Positions 44,666 through 53,880 of a stretch of DNA of 64,000 nucleotides are shown here, piece after piece (the first letter of the stretch is position 1; every line of letters begins with the position of its first letter). Location of the stretch: the NCBI GenBank assembly GCA_040394475.1, contig JBEBSD010000030.1:33-64032 (forward strand), in the 5' to 3' direction. The notes under the pieces were generated by a model that searched no databases, had not been told where the DNA came from, and saw nothing but the letters and a program-made list of their open reading frames with translations. Source of the DNA: Telluribacter humicola (lineage in GTDB: Bacteria; Bacteroidota; Bacteroidia; Cytophagales; Spirosomataceae). A program made the translations under genes and the position numbers.

Positions 44666-47600
44666 ATGAAAACAAGAACAATCGTTGTACTGCTGACAGC
44701 ATTGCTGCTGTCAGGGGTATCCATGCAGACGATGGCGCAGGACCGGGTGGTGACAGGAACTGTATTTGAAAGTGACGGACAAACACCGGTTATCGGAGCC
44801 TCTGTTATGCTCAAGGGGACCTCCTCGGGGACCATCACCGATTTAAACGGAACCTTCCGTCTGCAAGTAAAAGAAGAAAACGCTGTACTGGTGTTTTCGT
44901 TTGTAGGGTACGTGAGCCAGGAGGTAGCGCTGGGAAGCCGGACGTCGGTAGAGGTTTCGATGGCGCCGGACGAGAAGAACCTGGACGAGGTCGTGGTGAC
45001 GGCCCTGGGCCTTACGCGCGAAGAGCGGTCGCTTGGCTATTCGATCACCAAAATCGGCGCGGATGCCGTCACGCAGGTGGCGACCAACAACTGGCTGAGC
45101 ACGTTAAACGGCCGGGTGGCGGGGCTTTCGCTCAACGGCGCCGGTTCGGGTCCCATCAACTCCATGCGGGTAACACTCCGGGGCGACCAATCGCTCAACT
45201 ACGGAAGCAATGAAGCGCTCTTCGTTGTCGATGGAATTCCTGTCAGATCAGGCACCACGGCTACGTCATCAAGCAGCAGCTACACCAATGCCGGGTCGGA
45301 TTTCCCGGTGGATTACGGTAACGGGGCCAGTGACATCAACCCGGAAGACATCGAATCGGTCTCGGTATTGAAAGGTCCCGCGGCGACGGCCTTGTACGGT
45401 TCCCGCGCTGCCAACGGGGCGATCGTTATCACCACAAAATCGGGACGCAAAAGCAAGGGTATCGGGATAACACTCCGGTCGTCTGTTGTGGCGGAGAAGG
45501 CCGGTTACTGGCCGGATTTCCAAACGGAATACGGATCGGGAACCGATATGGGGCTCAATGAATACAACTTCTGGACATTGAGTCCGGACCAGGTCGGTTC
45601 GGATAATTTTCCGCCAAGGAATATTTCCCGCTACGCATGGGGCGAAAAGCTGGATCCCGGTAAACTGCGCTACCAGTATGAAGGGAAGAACTGGGAAACC
45701 GGCGAGATCGTAAGGACGCCTTTTGTCTATCAGGATGATTGGTTTACCGGCATATTCAAAACGGGGATGACCTATACGAATTCTATTGACGTCAGCGGAA
45801 GCAATGGAAAGGGCACCAGTGTACGCGTGTCGGTTAACCAGAACAAAAGCAACTGGATATTGCCAAATACCGGTTTTGACAGAAAGAATGTTTCCTTTTC
45901 ACTGGATACACCGGTAAACGATTGGGTTAAATTCAAAACAAAAATCAATTATTACCGGACCACCAGCGATAACATGCCCATGGCCGGTTACCACCAGACT
46001 ACCGTGATGTACGACCTGATGTGGGGGTACAACACCAATTCCATGAGCAACTGGAGAGACGAGTACTTCCAGGGGAGGTTCAACGCCGTCAACAGGAATG
46101 CCACCATTTCGGAGAACGGCAACAGTCTGGTCTTTGCGGGAACGGGCTCTTATAACCCGTACAGGGTCCTTTACGAAGAATTGAACGCAATGACTAAAAA
46201 CAGGGTATTCGGCCTGGCCGGTTTCTCGGTCGATCTGGCCAGTCTGACGGAAGGCCTTACCCTGGATGTCAAGACGGGGGTGGATATGAGCACTGATTTC
46301 CGCACGCAACGGAAGCCGAAAATGACTTTCGGGTGGGAGAACGGTTTCTACAGGGAGCAGTCGCTCATGAACTATGAATTCAATTCGGATTTCCTGCTCA
46401 AGTATGAGAAGGGATTTTCAGACAACCGGCTTTCCGCCACGATTGCGTTTGGCGGGAACAACATGACCAACGAATACCAGAGCAACATAGTCCAGCTGAA
46501 TGAACTGGATATCGACGGGGTGTATAATATTTCCAATGTACCCACCGGTGTGAACCCGAACCCGACGAATTTCAGGAGCAAAAAGGTGATCAACAGCTTA
46601 TACGGATTTGCTACGCTCGGCTGGGACGACGCGTATTACCTGGACATAACCGGGCGCAACGATTGGTCAAGCACCCTGGCGCGGGGCAACTGGTCTTATT
46701 TTTATCCGTCGGTTGCCGCCAGTGTATTGCTCGACCGCGTATTTGATTTTCAATCCGCTATCCCGGCTATATCGCTGGCGAAACTCCGGTTGTCATGGGC
46801 AAACGTAGGGAACGATACCAGCCCCTATGCCCTCGATCAGTATTACAACGCTTCTTCCATCAGCGGCGGGTATACGCTGCCGGGTACGATTCCAGATCCG
46901 ATGATCAAGCCTGAAAATGTGGAAAGCTGGGAACTCGGTCTGGACGCGAGGTTCTTTAAAAGCCGCCTGGGCCTTGATGTCGCTTTGTATAATTCCTCCA
47001 CCACCAACCAGATTGTCGCGGTGGATATAGACCCGATCGTGGGTGCCTCTTCCATGCGGATCAATGTCGGTGAAATCAACAACAAGGGGATTGAAGTGGC
47101 TTTGTCCGGCACGCCTGTCAAGACGAAAGATTTTTCATGGGATGTCAGCCTGAATTGGACGAGAAACGTCACCAGGCTCGTGAGTTTACAAGGCGGCTGG
47201 GATCCTGAAACGCCGTTGGAAACAGACATGGGAACCACTATCGGCGGAAGGCTTCATGTGTATTCCTATGTCGGGGAGGAAATGTATAAACTGTATGGTT
47301 TTGCGTTGAAAAAGGCCCCTGAAGGTGCTTACTACCTGGATGAAAACGGGAACCAGGCGAATGCTTCCGGGATGGTCGTGCTGGATGCGGCGAGTGGGCT
47401 GCCGTCTCTGGTGTCCACTGCTGATAATTACCTGGGAAAGGTAAGTCCCGACTGGAGAGGAGGTTTCAACAGTTCCTTCAGGTACAAAGGCTTCACATTG
47501 AATATGTTATTCAACTACCAGTGGGGAGGGAACCGGTTTTCGGTAACGAACGGCATTTTGTCGTACCAGGGCAAGCTGAAGAATTCATTGGAAGGCCGGT

Positions 47601-48004
47601 ACGATGGTATCGTGGCGGAGGGTGTCAACCTGGTCAGCACCGATGGAAACGGAGTCGAGGTCTACCAGCGCAACAACACGGTAACCAGCAACATTTACAC
47701 CTACTACCAGGCGCTTACATTGGACCGTTACAACGGCGAAGCGCATACCTTCAGTACCTCTTTTCTGAAATTCAGGGAGGCAAGGCTTGAATATAATCTG
47801 CCGGCTGAACTCTGCAGAAAGACTGGTTTTCTGCAGGAGGCAAGCATTGCCGTATTTGCCACCAATATCTTTTCATGGGATAAATGGCCGCAATTTGACC
47901 CGGAAGCGGGTATGATGACCGGCACGAATGTTTTCACCGGCATTGAAGCCGGCACCTACCCGATGACGCGTACGCACGGCATCAACCTGAGATTGTCGTT
48001 TTAA
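44666..48004 (+). CDS. SusC/RagA TonB-dependent receptor
   Basis: 1112 aa with a signal peptide, a carboxypeptidase-regulatory-like domain (VTGTVFESDGQTPVIGASV), a TonB box/plug (EVVVTALG, YGSRAANGAIVITTK) and a terminal ..NLRLSF. Confidence 0.92.
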   Translation: MKTRTIVVLLTALLLSGVSMQTMAQDRVVTGTVFESDGQTPVIGASVMLKGTSSGTITDLNGTFRLQVKEENAVLVFSFVGYVSQEVALGSRTSVEVSMAPDEKNLDEVVVTALGLTREERSLGYSITKIGADAVTQVATNNWLSTLNGRVAGLSLNGAGSGPINSMRVTLRGDQSLNYGSNEALFVVDGIPVRSGTTATSSSSSYTNAGSDFPVDYGNGASDINPEDIESVSVLKGPAATALYGSRAANGAIVITTKSGRKSKGIGITLRSSVVAEKAGYWPDFQTEYGSGTDMGLNEYNFWTLSPDQVGSDNFPPRNISRYAWGEKLDPGKLRYQYEGKNWETGEIVRTPFVYQDDWFTGIFKTGMTYTNSIDVSGSNGKGTSVRVSVNQNKSNWILPNTGFDRKNVSFSLDTPVNDWVKFKTKINYYRTTSDNMPMAGYHQTTVMYDLMWGYNTNSMSNWRDEYFQGRFNAVNRNATISENGNSLVFAGTGSYNPYRVLYEELNAMTKNRVFGLAGFSVDLASLTEGLTLDVKTGVDMSTDFRTQRKPKMTFGWENGFYREQSLMNYEFNSDFLLKYEKGFSDNRLSATIAFGGNNMTNEYQSNIVQLNELDIDGVYNISNVPTGVNPNPTNFRSKKVINSLYGFATLGWDDAYYLDITGRNDWSSTLARGNWSYFYPSVAASVLLDRVFDFQSAIPAISLAKLRLSWANVGNDTSPYALDQYYNASSISGGYTLPGTIPDPMIKPENVESWELGLDARFFKSRLGLDVALYNSSTTNQIVAVDIDPIVGASSMRINVGEINNKGIEVALSGTPVKTKDFSWDVSLNWTRNVTRLVSLQGGWDPETPLETDMGTTIGGRLHVYSYVGEEMYKLYGFALKKAPEGAYYLDENGNQANASGMVVLDAASGLPSLVSTADNYLGKVSPDWRGGFNSSFRYKGFTLNMLFNYQWGGNRFSVTNGILSYQGKLKNSLEGRYDGIVAEGVNLVSTDGNGVEVYQRNNTVTSNIYTYYQALTLDRYNGEAHTFSTSFLKFREARLEYNLPAELCRKTGFLQEASIAVFATNIFSWDKWPQFDPEAGMMTGTNVFTGIEAGTYPMTRTHGINLRLSF

Positions 48005-48022
48005 TGATTAAACCAACAGGCA

Positions 48023-49597
48023 ATGAAAAGTTTAAGATATACGATTACATGCGGACTTGTGCTGGGATTGCTTGGCGCATGCACCAATAATTTTGAGGAG
48101 ATCAATACCAATCCGAACCGTACGACAGTGGGCATGATCCGTGCTTCGGGTTTATTCGAACCCCTGCTGTACAATTCTGCCAATCAATGGCTGAACCGCA
48201 CCTGGTATTATAACAATGAGCTGATCCAGTTCACAGCGTTTACAGGGGGTGTCACCCGCAGGGAGCATTTATACTTCCTGGAGGATTCGAGGGACTGGTA
48301 CGGTTTCTGGAACCATTATGCTTCGTATGGCAACAATGTCAATCACATGTATCAATTGGCGCAGCAGCAGGACAACAAATCGCTGGAAGCCATTGCCCTG
48401 ACGTTTAAGGTGCTGTTTTTCTCCAATATGACCGATATGTTCGGAAATGTCCCGTATGAAGAGGCATTTACGGGAAGGGCGCCCGGCGGGACCATTACAC
48501 CGAAATTCAATACGCAAAAAGAAATTTACGAGTGGCTGTTTGCTGACCTGGAGGCGGCAAACGACCTGTATGCGACCAATCCTGTTTTTGAAAACCCGGC
48601 GATGGATGGTATGTACGGAGGCAATATGGCTTCCTGGAGGAAGTTTAATAACGCATTGTATCTCAGGCTTTTGTGCCGGGTGAGCGGTCGCCAGGAAATG
48701 AATGTGGGCGCGAAAATCACCGAGATGTTAAACAACCCCGGCAAGTACCCGATTTTTGCATCAAATGCGGACAATGCCACCGTTACTTTTTCGGGTAACG
48801 ATCCTTACATCAGCAATTTCGGATTGACGACAGAAAGCGAGTTTACTTCCAGCGGAAGAAAGCTTACCAGGCAGCTTCTCGGCCTCACCGTGCAGACCGA
48901 CGTCAATGGCAACCAGGTATATGTTGATCCTCGGCTGCCGATAATCGGCAAAAAAAATACCGTTGTTCAGGTGAATCCCGACGCTATCTGGATCGGCACA
49001 AAATCCGGTTGTACCGACGAGGAGCGAAGTGTAGTGGACCGGGGTTCCTCCTGGCTCAACTACAGGGTTTTCTGCCGGAGAGATGCCCCCGCTACCTATA
49101 TGGATTATGCCGAAGTGCAGTTTATTTATGCCGAAGCTGCTCTTAAAGGATGGATTGCGGGCGGAGAACAAGCGGCAAAAAGCTACTATGAAGCCGGCGT
49201 AACCGCTTCTATGGAAAAATGGTCGGCACAGGGCGCCTATTCAGAAACTCCGGTCACCATCACCCCGGCGGCCATTGCAGAGTACCTGTCGTCCCCGCTC
49301 GGCTCCTGGGAGCTGGCCGCCGACAAACACGAGTTCCTGGGCAACCAGAAATACCTGGCGCTCTTCTGGGTGGGCATGGAAGCCTATCACGAATACCGCC
49401 GGACAGGCTATCCGGTGCTGACAATCGGAGAGGGCACCATTTACAACGATCACGTGCTCCCCACGCGTTTCGGATACCCGGGCAGAACAATTTCTACCAA
49501 CAGCGCCAACGCAGCGGAAGCGCTGAGCAATATGGGCGGCGCCAATGATATGAAAACGCCTGTATGGTGGAGTAAACAGGCGATTACGGGGAACTGA
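48023..49597 (+). CDS. SusD/RagB-family lipoprotein (SusD-like type 2)
   Basis: 524 aa. Lipobox LLGAC followed by TNNFEEINTNPN. It is immediately downstream of the SusC gene. Confidence 0.85.
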   Translation: MKSLRYTITCGLVLGLLGACTNNFEEINTNPNRTTVGMIRASGLFEPLLYNSANQWLNRTWYYNNELIQFTAFTGGVTRREHLYFLEDSRDWYGFWNHYASYGNNVNHMYQLAQQQDNKSLEAIALTFKVLFFSNMTDMFGNVPYEEAFTGRAPGGTITPKFNTQKEIYEWLFADLEAANDLYATNPVFENPAMDGMYGGNMASWRKFNNALYLRLLCRVSGRQEMNVGAKITEMLNNPGKYPIFASNADNATVTFSGNDPYISNFGLTTESEFTSSGRKLTRQLLGLTVQTDVNGNQVYVDPRLPIIGKKNTVVQVNPDAIWIGTKSGCTDEERSVVDRGSSWLNYRVFCRRDAPATYMDYAEVQFIYAEAALKGWIAGGEQAAKSYYEAGVTASMEKWSAQGAYSETPVTITPAAIAEYLSSPLGSWELAADKHEFLGNQKYLALFWVGMEAYHEYRRTGYPVLTIGEGTIYNDHVLPTRFGYPGRTISTNSANAAEALSNMGGANDMKTPVWWSKQAITGN

Positions 49598-49806
49598 GGG
49601 TTCGACTTCGCTCACCCACCGGGGTTCGACTTTGCTCACCCACCAGGGTTCGACTTTGCTCACCCACCAGGGTTCGACTTCGCTCACCCACCGGGGTTCG
49701 GCTCATCCACCGGGGTTCGACTTCGCTCATCCACCGGGGTTCGGCTCGGCTCACCCACCAGGGTTCGACTTTGCTCACCCACCAGGGTTCGGCTTCGTTC
49801 ACTCCG
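49598..49806. repeat. Family D tandem repeat, 24-bp unit, about 9 copies
   Basis: GGGTTCGACTTCGCTCACCCACCG iterated head to tail with point variants (one copy shortened to 19 bp). It starts 1 nt after the SusD stop. Confidence 0.95.
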
Positions 49807-49807
49807 T

Positions 49808-49900
49808 TGCCTGTTCCCACCGCCCATTCCCCATTGCCTAATTACCTAACACCTAAAACCTAACACCTAAAACCTATTTACCTATCACCTAGTCACCTAA
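49808..49900. repeat. Family C motif plus low-complexity CACCTAA-type run
   Basis: CCCACCGCCCATTCCCCATTGCC, then TTACCTAACACCTAAAACCTAACACCTAAAACCTATTTACCTATCACCTAGTCACCTAAC. Confidence 0.9.
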
Positions 49901-49911
49901 CTTTATCCATT

Positions 49912-51138
49912 ATGAAAACAAGTAGCTTCTTTTCAATAATGCGTGTGGGAATGGTCGTTATTTCAATGATCGTTACCTGTGCATTTTTGCTGCAGTCATG
50001 CAAGGAAGATAACGGGGAAGCCGGCGCTCCCGGTTTCAGCATCGAAGGTAGTCCGACGGGCCTGATAGCGGGGGTCGCGGGTAAAACAGAGAACTATGTG
50101 GTGCGCTCCAATCGTCCGTGGAAAATCGTGGCGAAAGAGGAGGGCAACTGGGTAAAGGCATTTCCGGACGAAGGGGATGATGACGGTATTTTCAGGATTA
50201 TAGTGAGTGCCAACAGCGGCTTCGGACAACGCATCATGAACTTTGCCTTTGTGGTGGATGGAACAGAACAGCCGGTGCTTTTTCGAGTGGAGCAGGAAGG
50301 CAATGTGCCGTATATCAATTTACCGGAAATAGTAACCGTCCCTTCTGCAGGAGGAGCCGTTGCAATAGACGTCGCTTCCAATGTCAGCTGGAGTTATTCG
50401 CTAACCGATAACGACTGGCTTTCCGAAAGCGCCGTGACCCCGACCCGGCTTACCCTTACTGCTGCCGCCAACAATGGCCCGGAACGCTCCTTAACGCTAA
50501 CGGTTACGGCAACGGATCATCCGGCTGTTTCAAAAGTGGTGAACCTGGTACAGTCGTCCAATTCGATTATTCTCGAAGAAGATTTCAACTGGCTGACCTA
50601 TGGCAGCGCTGTCCCTTATGTCACCACCGGTGAGACCATCATTACGAACTGGACGCCGCAGCAGCAGGACAGAGGCTGGACAAGCTCACTCAACCCGGTT
50701 AGCAACGACAGGCCCTGTTACGCTCGTCAGGGTTTTGTAAAACTGGGCAAGACCAACTATGGAGGCGATATTATTTCGCCTAAACTGTCGGCTATTGACG
50801 GATCGAAAAATGTAAAGGTGACGTTCAAAGCAGTGGCCTATGTTTCGGCAGGAGGAACCGTGATAGATTCCCGTGATCTGGTAGTAGAGGTACTTGGGGG
50901 AGGAACGCCGAGCACCAGCCTGATCAAAGTGGAAAATGTTCCCAATGCACAAGCGGAGGATGATGCCGGTGTGGAGAACGACGTATGGGACCCGGCACGG
51001 GCATTTACCTTTACCATCACCGGGGCAACGGCCGAAACACAGATCAGGTTTTTGGGCAAGGCCTTTGACCTGCGCAATGCCACGCCGACTACCAACCGAA
51101 TCTTCCTGGATGATATTAAAGTGGAGATAGTTGATTAA
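49912..51138 (+). CDS. BACON-domain lipoprotein (PUL-associated surface protein)
   Basis: 408 aa. Lipobox LLQSC. Two BACON-like blocks (SNRPWKIV..GNWVKAFP..FRIIVSAN and SNVSWSYSLTDNDWLSES..LTLTAAANNGPERSLTLTVTA). Confidence 0.6.
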   Translation: MKTSSFFSIMRVGMVVISMIVTCAFLLQSCKEDNGEAGAPGFSIEGSPTGLIAGVAGKTENYVVRSNRPWKIVAKEEGNWVKAFPDEGDDDGIFRIIVSANSGFGQRIMNFAFVVDGTEQPVLFRVEQEGNVPYINLPEIVTVPSAGGAVAIDVASNVSWSYSLTDNDWLSESAVTPTRLTLTAAANNGPERSLTLTVTATDHPAVSKVVNLVQSSNSIILEEDFNWLTYGSAVPYVTTGETIITNWTPQQQDRGWTSSLNPVSNDRPCYARQGFVKLGKTNYGGDIISPKLSAIDGSKNVKVTFKAVAYVSAGGTVIDSRDLVVEVLGGGTPSTSLIKVENVPNAQAEDDAGVENDVWDPARAFTFTITGATAETQIRFLGKAFDLRNATPTTNRIFLDDIKVEIVD

Positions 51139-51200
51139 TCGGGAAATTAAAAATAAAAGGCAAGTCTGTGTGGTTAAGTGGTTAAGAGGATAAACGATGA

Positions 51201-51235
51201 TGTCTTCACCGTGGTTTGTGTCTTCACAGTCGACT
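51201..51235. repeat. Family A fragment
   Basis: TGTCTTCACCGTGGTTTGTGTCTTCACAGTCGAC. Confidence 0.8.
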
Positions 51236-51405
51236 TTAGAGCTGCACCCAACCCGGCTTCCCTACCCAATCCCGAAGGGATGAAAGGATTATAGACTACC
51301 AGGACCGCAACAGCATGGCTAACCCCTACGGGTAGGGTGTCTAAACGGTGTTCGGAAATTTGTTGTAAACAGCCTGCTGAAATGCACTTGGTGGCTGTCG
51401 AAATA

Positions 51406-51478
51406 TCGGCCCTACAGGCCTTTCTACCGGGTGTTAGCTGCCATTTCCTACCAAAATAACGCCCCGAATGGGGCTTTT
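51406..51478 (+). repeat. Family F two-hairpin element (copy 1)
   Basis: TCGGCCCTACAGGCCTTTCTACCGGGTGTTAGCTGCCATTTCCTACCAAAATAACGCCCCGAATGGGGCTTTT is highly similar to 53201-53275. It ends in GCCCC-N4-GGGGC plus a T-run. Confidence 0.85.
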
Positions 51479-51916
51479 ACCACTTGTTGAAGGCTCGTAG
51501 AGCCGCGGGCGCTCAGCCGGTATTTAGGTAGTAGTGAGCATCCTCCATCGCGACAAAAGCCCCAGAGGGGCGGCATTTTCGATTCGTCGTATTATTGAAA
51601 TCTCGCGTGGAAGGGACATTGTTGACCAGATACGGTATTGCTGGTTTTCTTACTAGAAAGGAGATGAGTTTGCCGTCTGAAAACCAATCATTTAAGTTGG
51701 TGTTAAGCCCCGGTTTTCCTGAAAAAACACACTTAGATTGGACACCCTACCTTTCGGGGTTGGTGTTCTCTTTGCAATTCTTTCGCTAGAATCCTGCCAC
51801 CATTTCGGGGTTGGTACGGATCCCAGCGCAATCCGGGATTGGGTAACCAGGAATTCTCCCGACATTCTTACGTTGAGTTGACGGAGATGGTGGAGACGCA
51901 GTCCATGATTACGAAA

Positions 51917-51980
51917 GTGTCTTCAAAGTCCACTTGCTGCATGGTATCCAAAATGGTCTGTGGGGACAGAGACCATGGTC
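51917..51980 (+). repeat. Family A composite (diverged solo copy)
   Basis: GTGTCTTCAAAGTCCAC...ATCCAAAATGGTCTGTGGGGACAGAGACCATGG, ending 17 nt from the stop of the ADH gene. Confidence 0.85.
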
Positions 51981-51996
51981 ATAAACCCATTCCCCC

Positions 51997-53004
51997 TTAA
52001 ACGCTAATTACCGCCTTTATCACTTCTCCGGATCCGAATAGCCGGGAGAACTGCTCTTTAACAGTATTGAAACGTAGTCGGTGCGTGATGTAGGTTTCCG
52101 GCCTGATCCGTTTTTTTTCGATACAGTCGATGACATAATCAAAATCGGTTCGGGTAGCATTCCGGCTACTCATTAAGGTTCCCTCCCGTTTATGGAATTC
52201 GGGATGACTCAGCCTTATTTCGTCCTTTTGTAAGCCAATCAGGATGTAGCGGGCCGTATGCGCCATCAGGCGGAAGGCGTTATTGATGGCGTTTTGATTG
52301 CCCGTGGCATCGATGATCACCGTCGGCATATCGCCATCGGTAATCCGGCTGATCTGCTCCGTCAGGTCAGGCGCAAGTGCCTGGAGGGCATGGTCAACCT
52401 GTAAGGTCTTCTGGCAAAATGCCAATCTGGCCGGATTTACGTCGAGCGCTATGACCCTTCCTCCTGCAATTTTGGCAAACTCCATTGCCCCGATCCCGAT
52501 AGGACCGGCTCCAATGACCAGCACGAACTCTCCGGGTCGGATGTTCGCCCGTCCGACCCCGTGTGCCGAAACGGAAAGCGGCTCCACCAGTGCCAGTTCA
52601 TCCAGGCCGAGGCCCCGGCCGTGGACGAGGGTATACGAGGGAACCGACAGGTATTCCGCCATTCCGCCATCCACATGTACGCCGGCGACCTTCAGCGTCT
52701 GGCAGCAGTTGGTTTTGCCGCTGCGGCAGGCAATGCAGGTACCGCAATGATAGTAGGGAATGATGGTTACATTTTCCCCGACCGTAAAACCTTCTGCATC
52801 GCCTGCTACAAATTCACATCCAAGCTCATGTCCCAGAATTCTCGGATACGTGAAGTAAGGTTGTGTGCCTCCGAAGGCATGAATGTCGGTGCCGCAAACG
52901 CCTATCCGTTTGATTTTTACGATGGAATTACCCGGTGCAGCCACCGGCATTTCAGCTATCCCGTAATCGAACCGGCCGGGGACGGTACAGGTTAAAATTT
53001 TCAT
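51997..53004 (-). CDS. Zinc-dependent medium-chain alcohol/polyol dehydrogenase
   Basis: The likely start is MKILTCTVPG at 53004 (the track ORF extends to 53055). It has the GVCGTDIH Zn site, a structural Cys cluster CGTCIACRSGKTNCC, and Rossmann GAGPIGIG. Confidence 0.85.
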   Translation of the reverse strand: MKILTCTVPGRFDYGIAEMPVAAPGNSIVKIKRIGVCGTDIHAFGGTQPYFTYPRILGHELGCEFVAGDAEGFTVGENVTIIPYYHCGTCIACRSGKTNCCQTLKVAGVHVDGGMAEYLSVPSYTLVHGRGLGLDELALVEPLSVSAHGVGRANIRPGEFVLVIGAGPIGIGAMEFAKIAGGRVIALDVNPARLAFCQKTLQVDHALQALAPDLTEQISRITDGDMPTVIIDATGNQNAINNAFRLMAHTARYILIGLQKDEIRLSHPEFHKREGTLMSSRNATRTDFDYVIDCIEKKRIRPETYITHRLRFNTVKEQFSRLFGSGEVIKAVISV

Positions 53005-53200
53005 AAAGCGGTTGTTATCCGGGGAAATCCTAAAAAACGAAATGACGACGGACAAGCCGGACTATTCCGACTTGTCAGGTGCAAAACTACAACAGATTCG
53101 GATCAATCCGAATTGTCGGGGGAGAGTACTATCGGGACAGACTGCAACGGATAAAACACGTTTCTTATGGAGGATCTTCCATACTTCATAGTCAAAAATG

Positions 53201-53275
53201 TCGGCCCTACAGGCCTGTCTACCAGGTATTGGATGTCATTTCCTACCAAAATGTCGCCCCGAACGGGGCTTTTTA
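53201..53275 (+). repeat. Family F two-hairpin element (copy 2)
   Basis: TCGGCCCTACAGGCCTGTCTACCAGGTATTGGATGTCATTTCCTACCAAAATGTCGCCCCGAACGGGGCTTTTT. Confidence 0.85.
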
Positions 53276-53292
53276 GGCTTCCGGAAAGGCTC

Positions 53293-53358
53293 GCCCAGTC
53301 GGGGACGCCCAGTCGGGGACGCCCAGTCGGGGACGCCCAGTCGGGGACGCCCAGTCGG
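53293..53358. repeat. 14-bp tandem repeat, about 4.5 copies
   Basis: GCCCAGTCGGGGAC iterated head to tail. Confidence 0.95.
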
Positions 53359-53386
53359 CATTTTTCAATTGCAGCATTAGCAGCAC

Positions 53387-53722
53387 GGGATTGCCTGACC
53401 ACGACGGCCCGAGCGTCTCCATTCAATTTTTTCCGTGCCGCCTCCGTGTTTTTCCTCTGCGCCCTCCGTGTTCCTTTTTCGCTGTATCAGCGCAAGAAAG
53501 GGATTGCCTGACCACGACGGCCCGAGCATCTCCATTCAATTTTTTCCGTGCCGCCTCCGTGTTTTTCCTCTGTGCCCTCCGTGTTCCTTTTTCGCTGTAT
53601 CAGCGCAAGAAAGGGATTGCCTGACCACGACGGCCCGAGCATCTCCATTCAATTTTCTCCGTGCCGCCTCCGTGTTTTTCCTCTGGGCCCTCCGTGTTCC
53701 GTTTTTCACTGTATCAGCAGAA
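53387..53722. repeat. Family E tandem repeat, 113-bp unit, 3 copies
   Basis: Units start at 53387, 53500 and 53613: GGGATTGCCTGACCACGACGGCCCGAGC.TCTCCATTCAATTTT.TCCGTGCCGCCTCCGTGTTTTTCCTCTG.GCCCTCCGTGTTCC.TTTTC.CTGTATCAGC... Confidence 0.95.
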
Positions 53723-53850
53723 ACAGGTATGCGCGTAATCCACGATAGCTATATTCCGCAGACGAGCCAGAGTGGCTAAATGGGTGCGACCCCCAGGCGG
53801 CGCGGCGCCGAGATAGTCTGAGAAGGAAGAATAGCATGAGCTATTAAGGA

Positions 53851-53880
53851 GAAATGGCCTGTGTGAAGCACACAGACCAT
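53851..53880. repeat. Family A-like hairpin
   Basis: AAATGGCCTGTGTG-AAGC-ACACAGACCATT. Confidence 0.6.

Noticed and set aside
53387-53722. Possible CRISPR array (regular repeats); the same question applies to 49598-49806 and 26513-26615
   Set aside because: The units abut head to tail with no unique spacers. Unit lengths (113, 24 and ~14 bp) and architecture do not fit CRISPR, and no cas genes are in the window.
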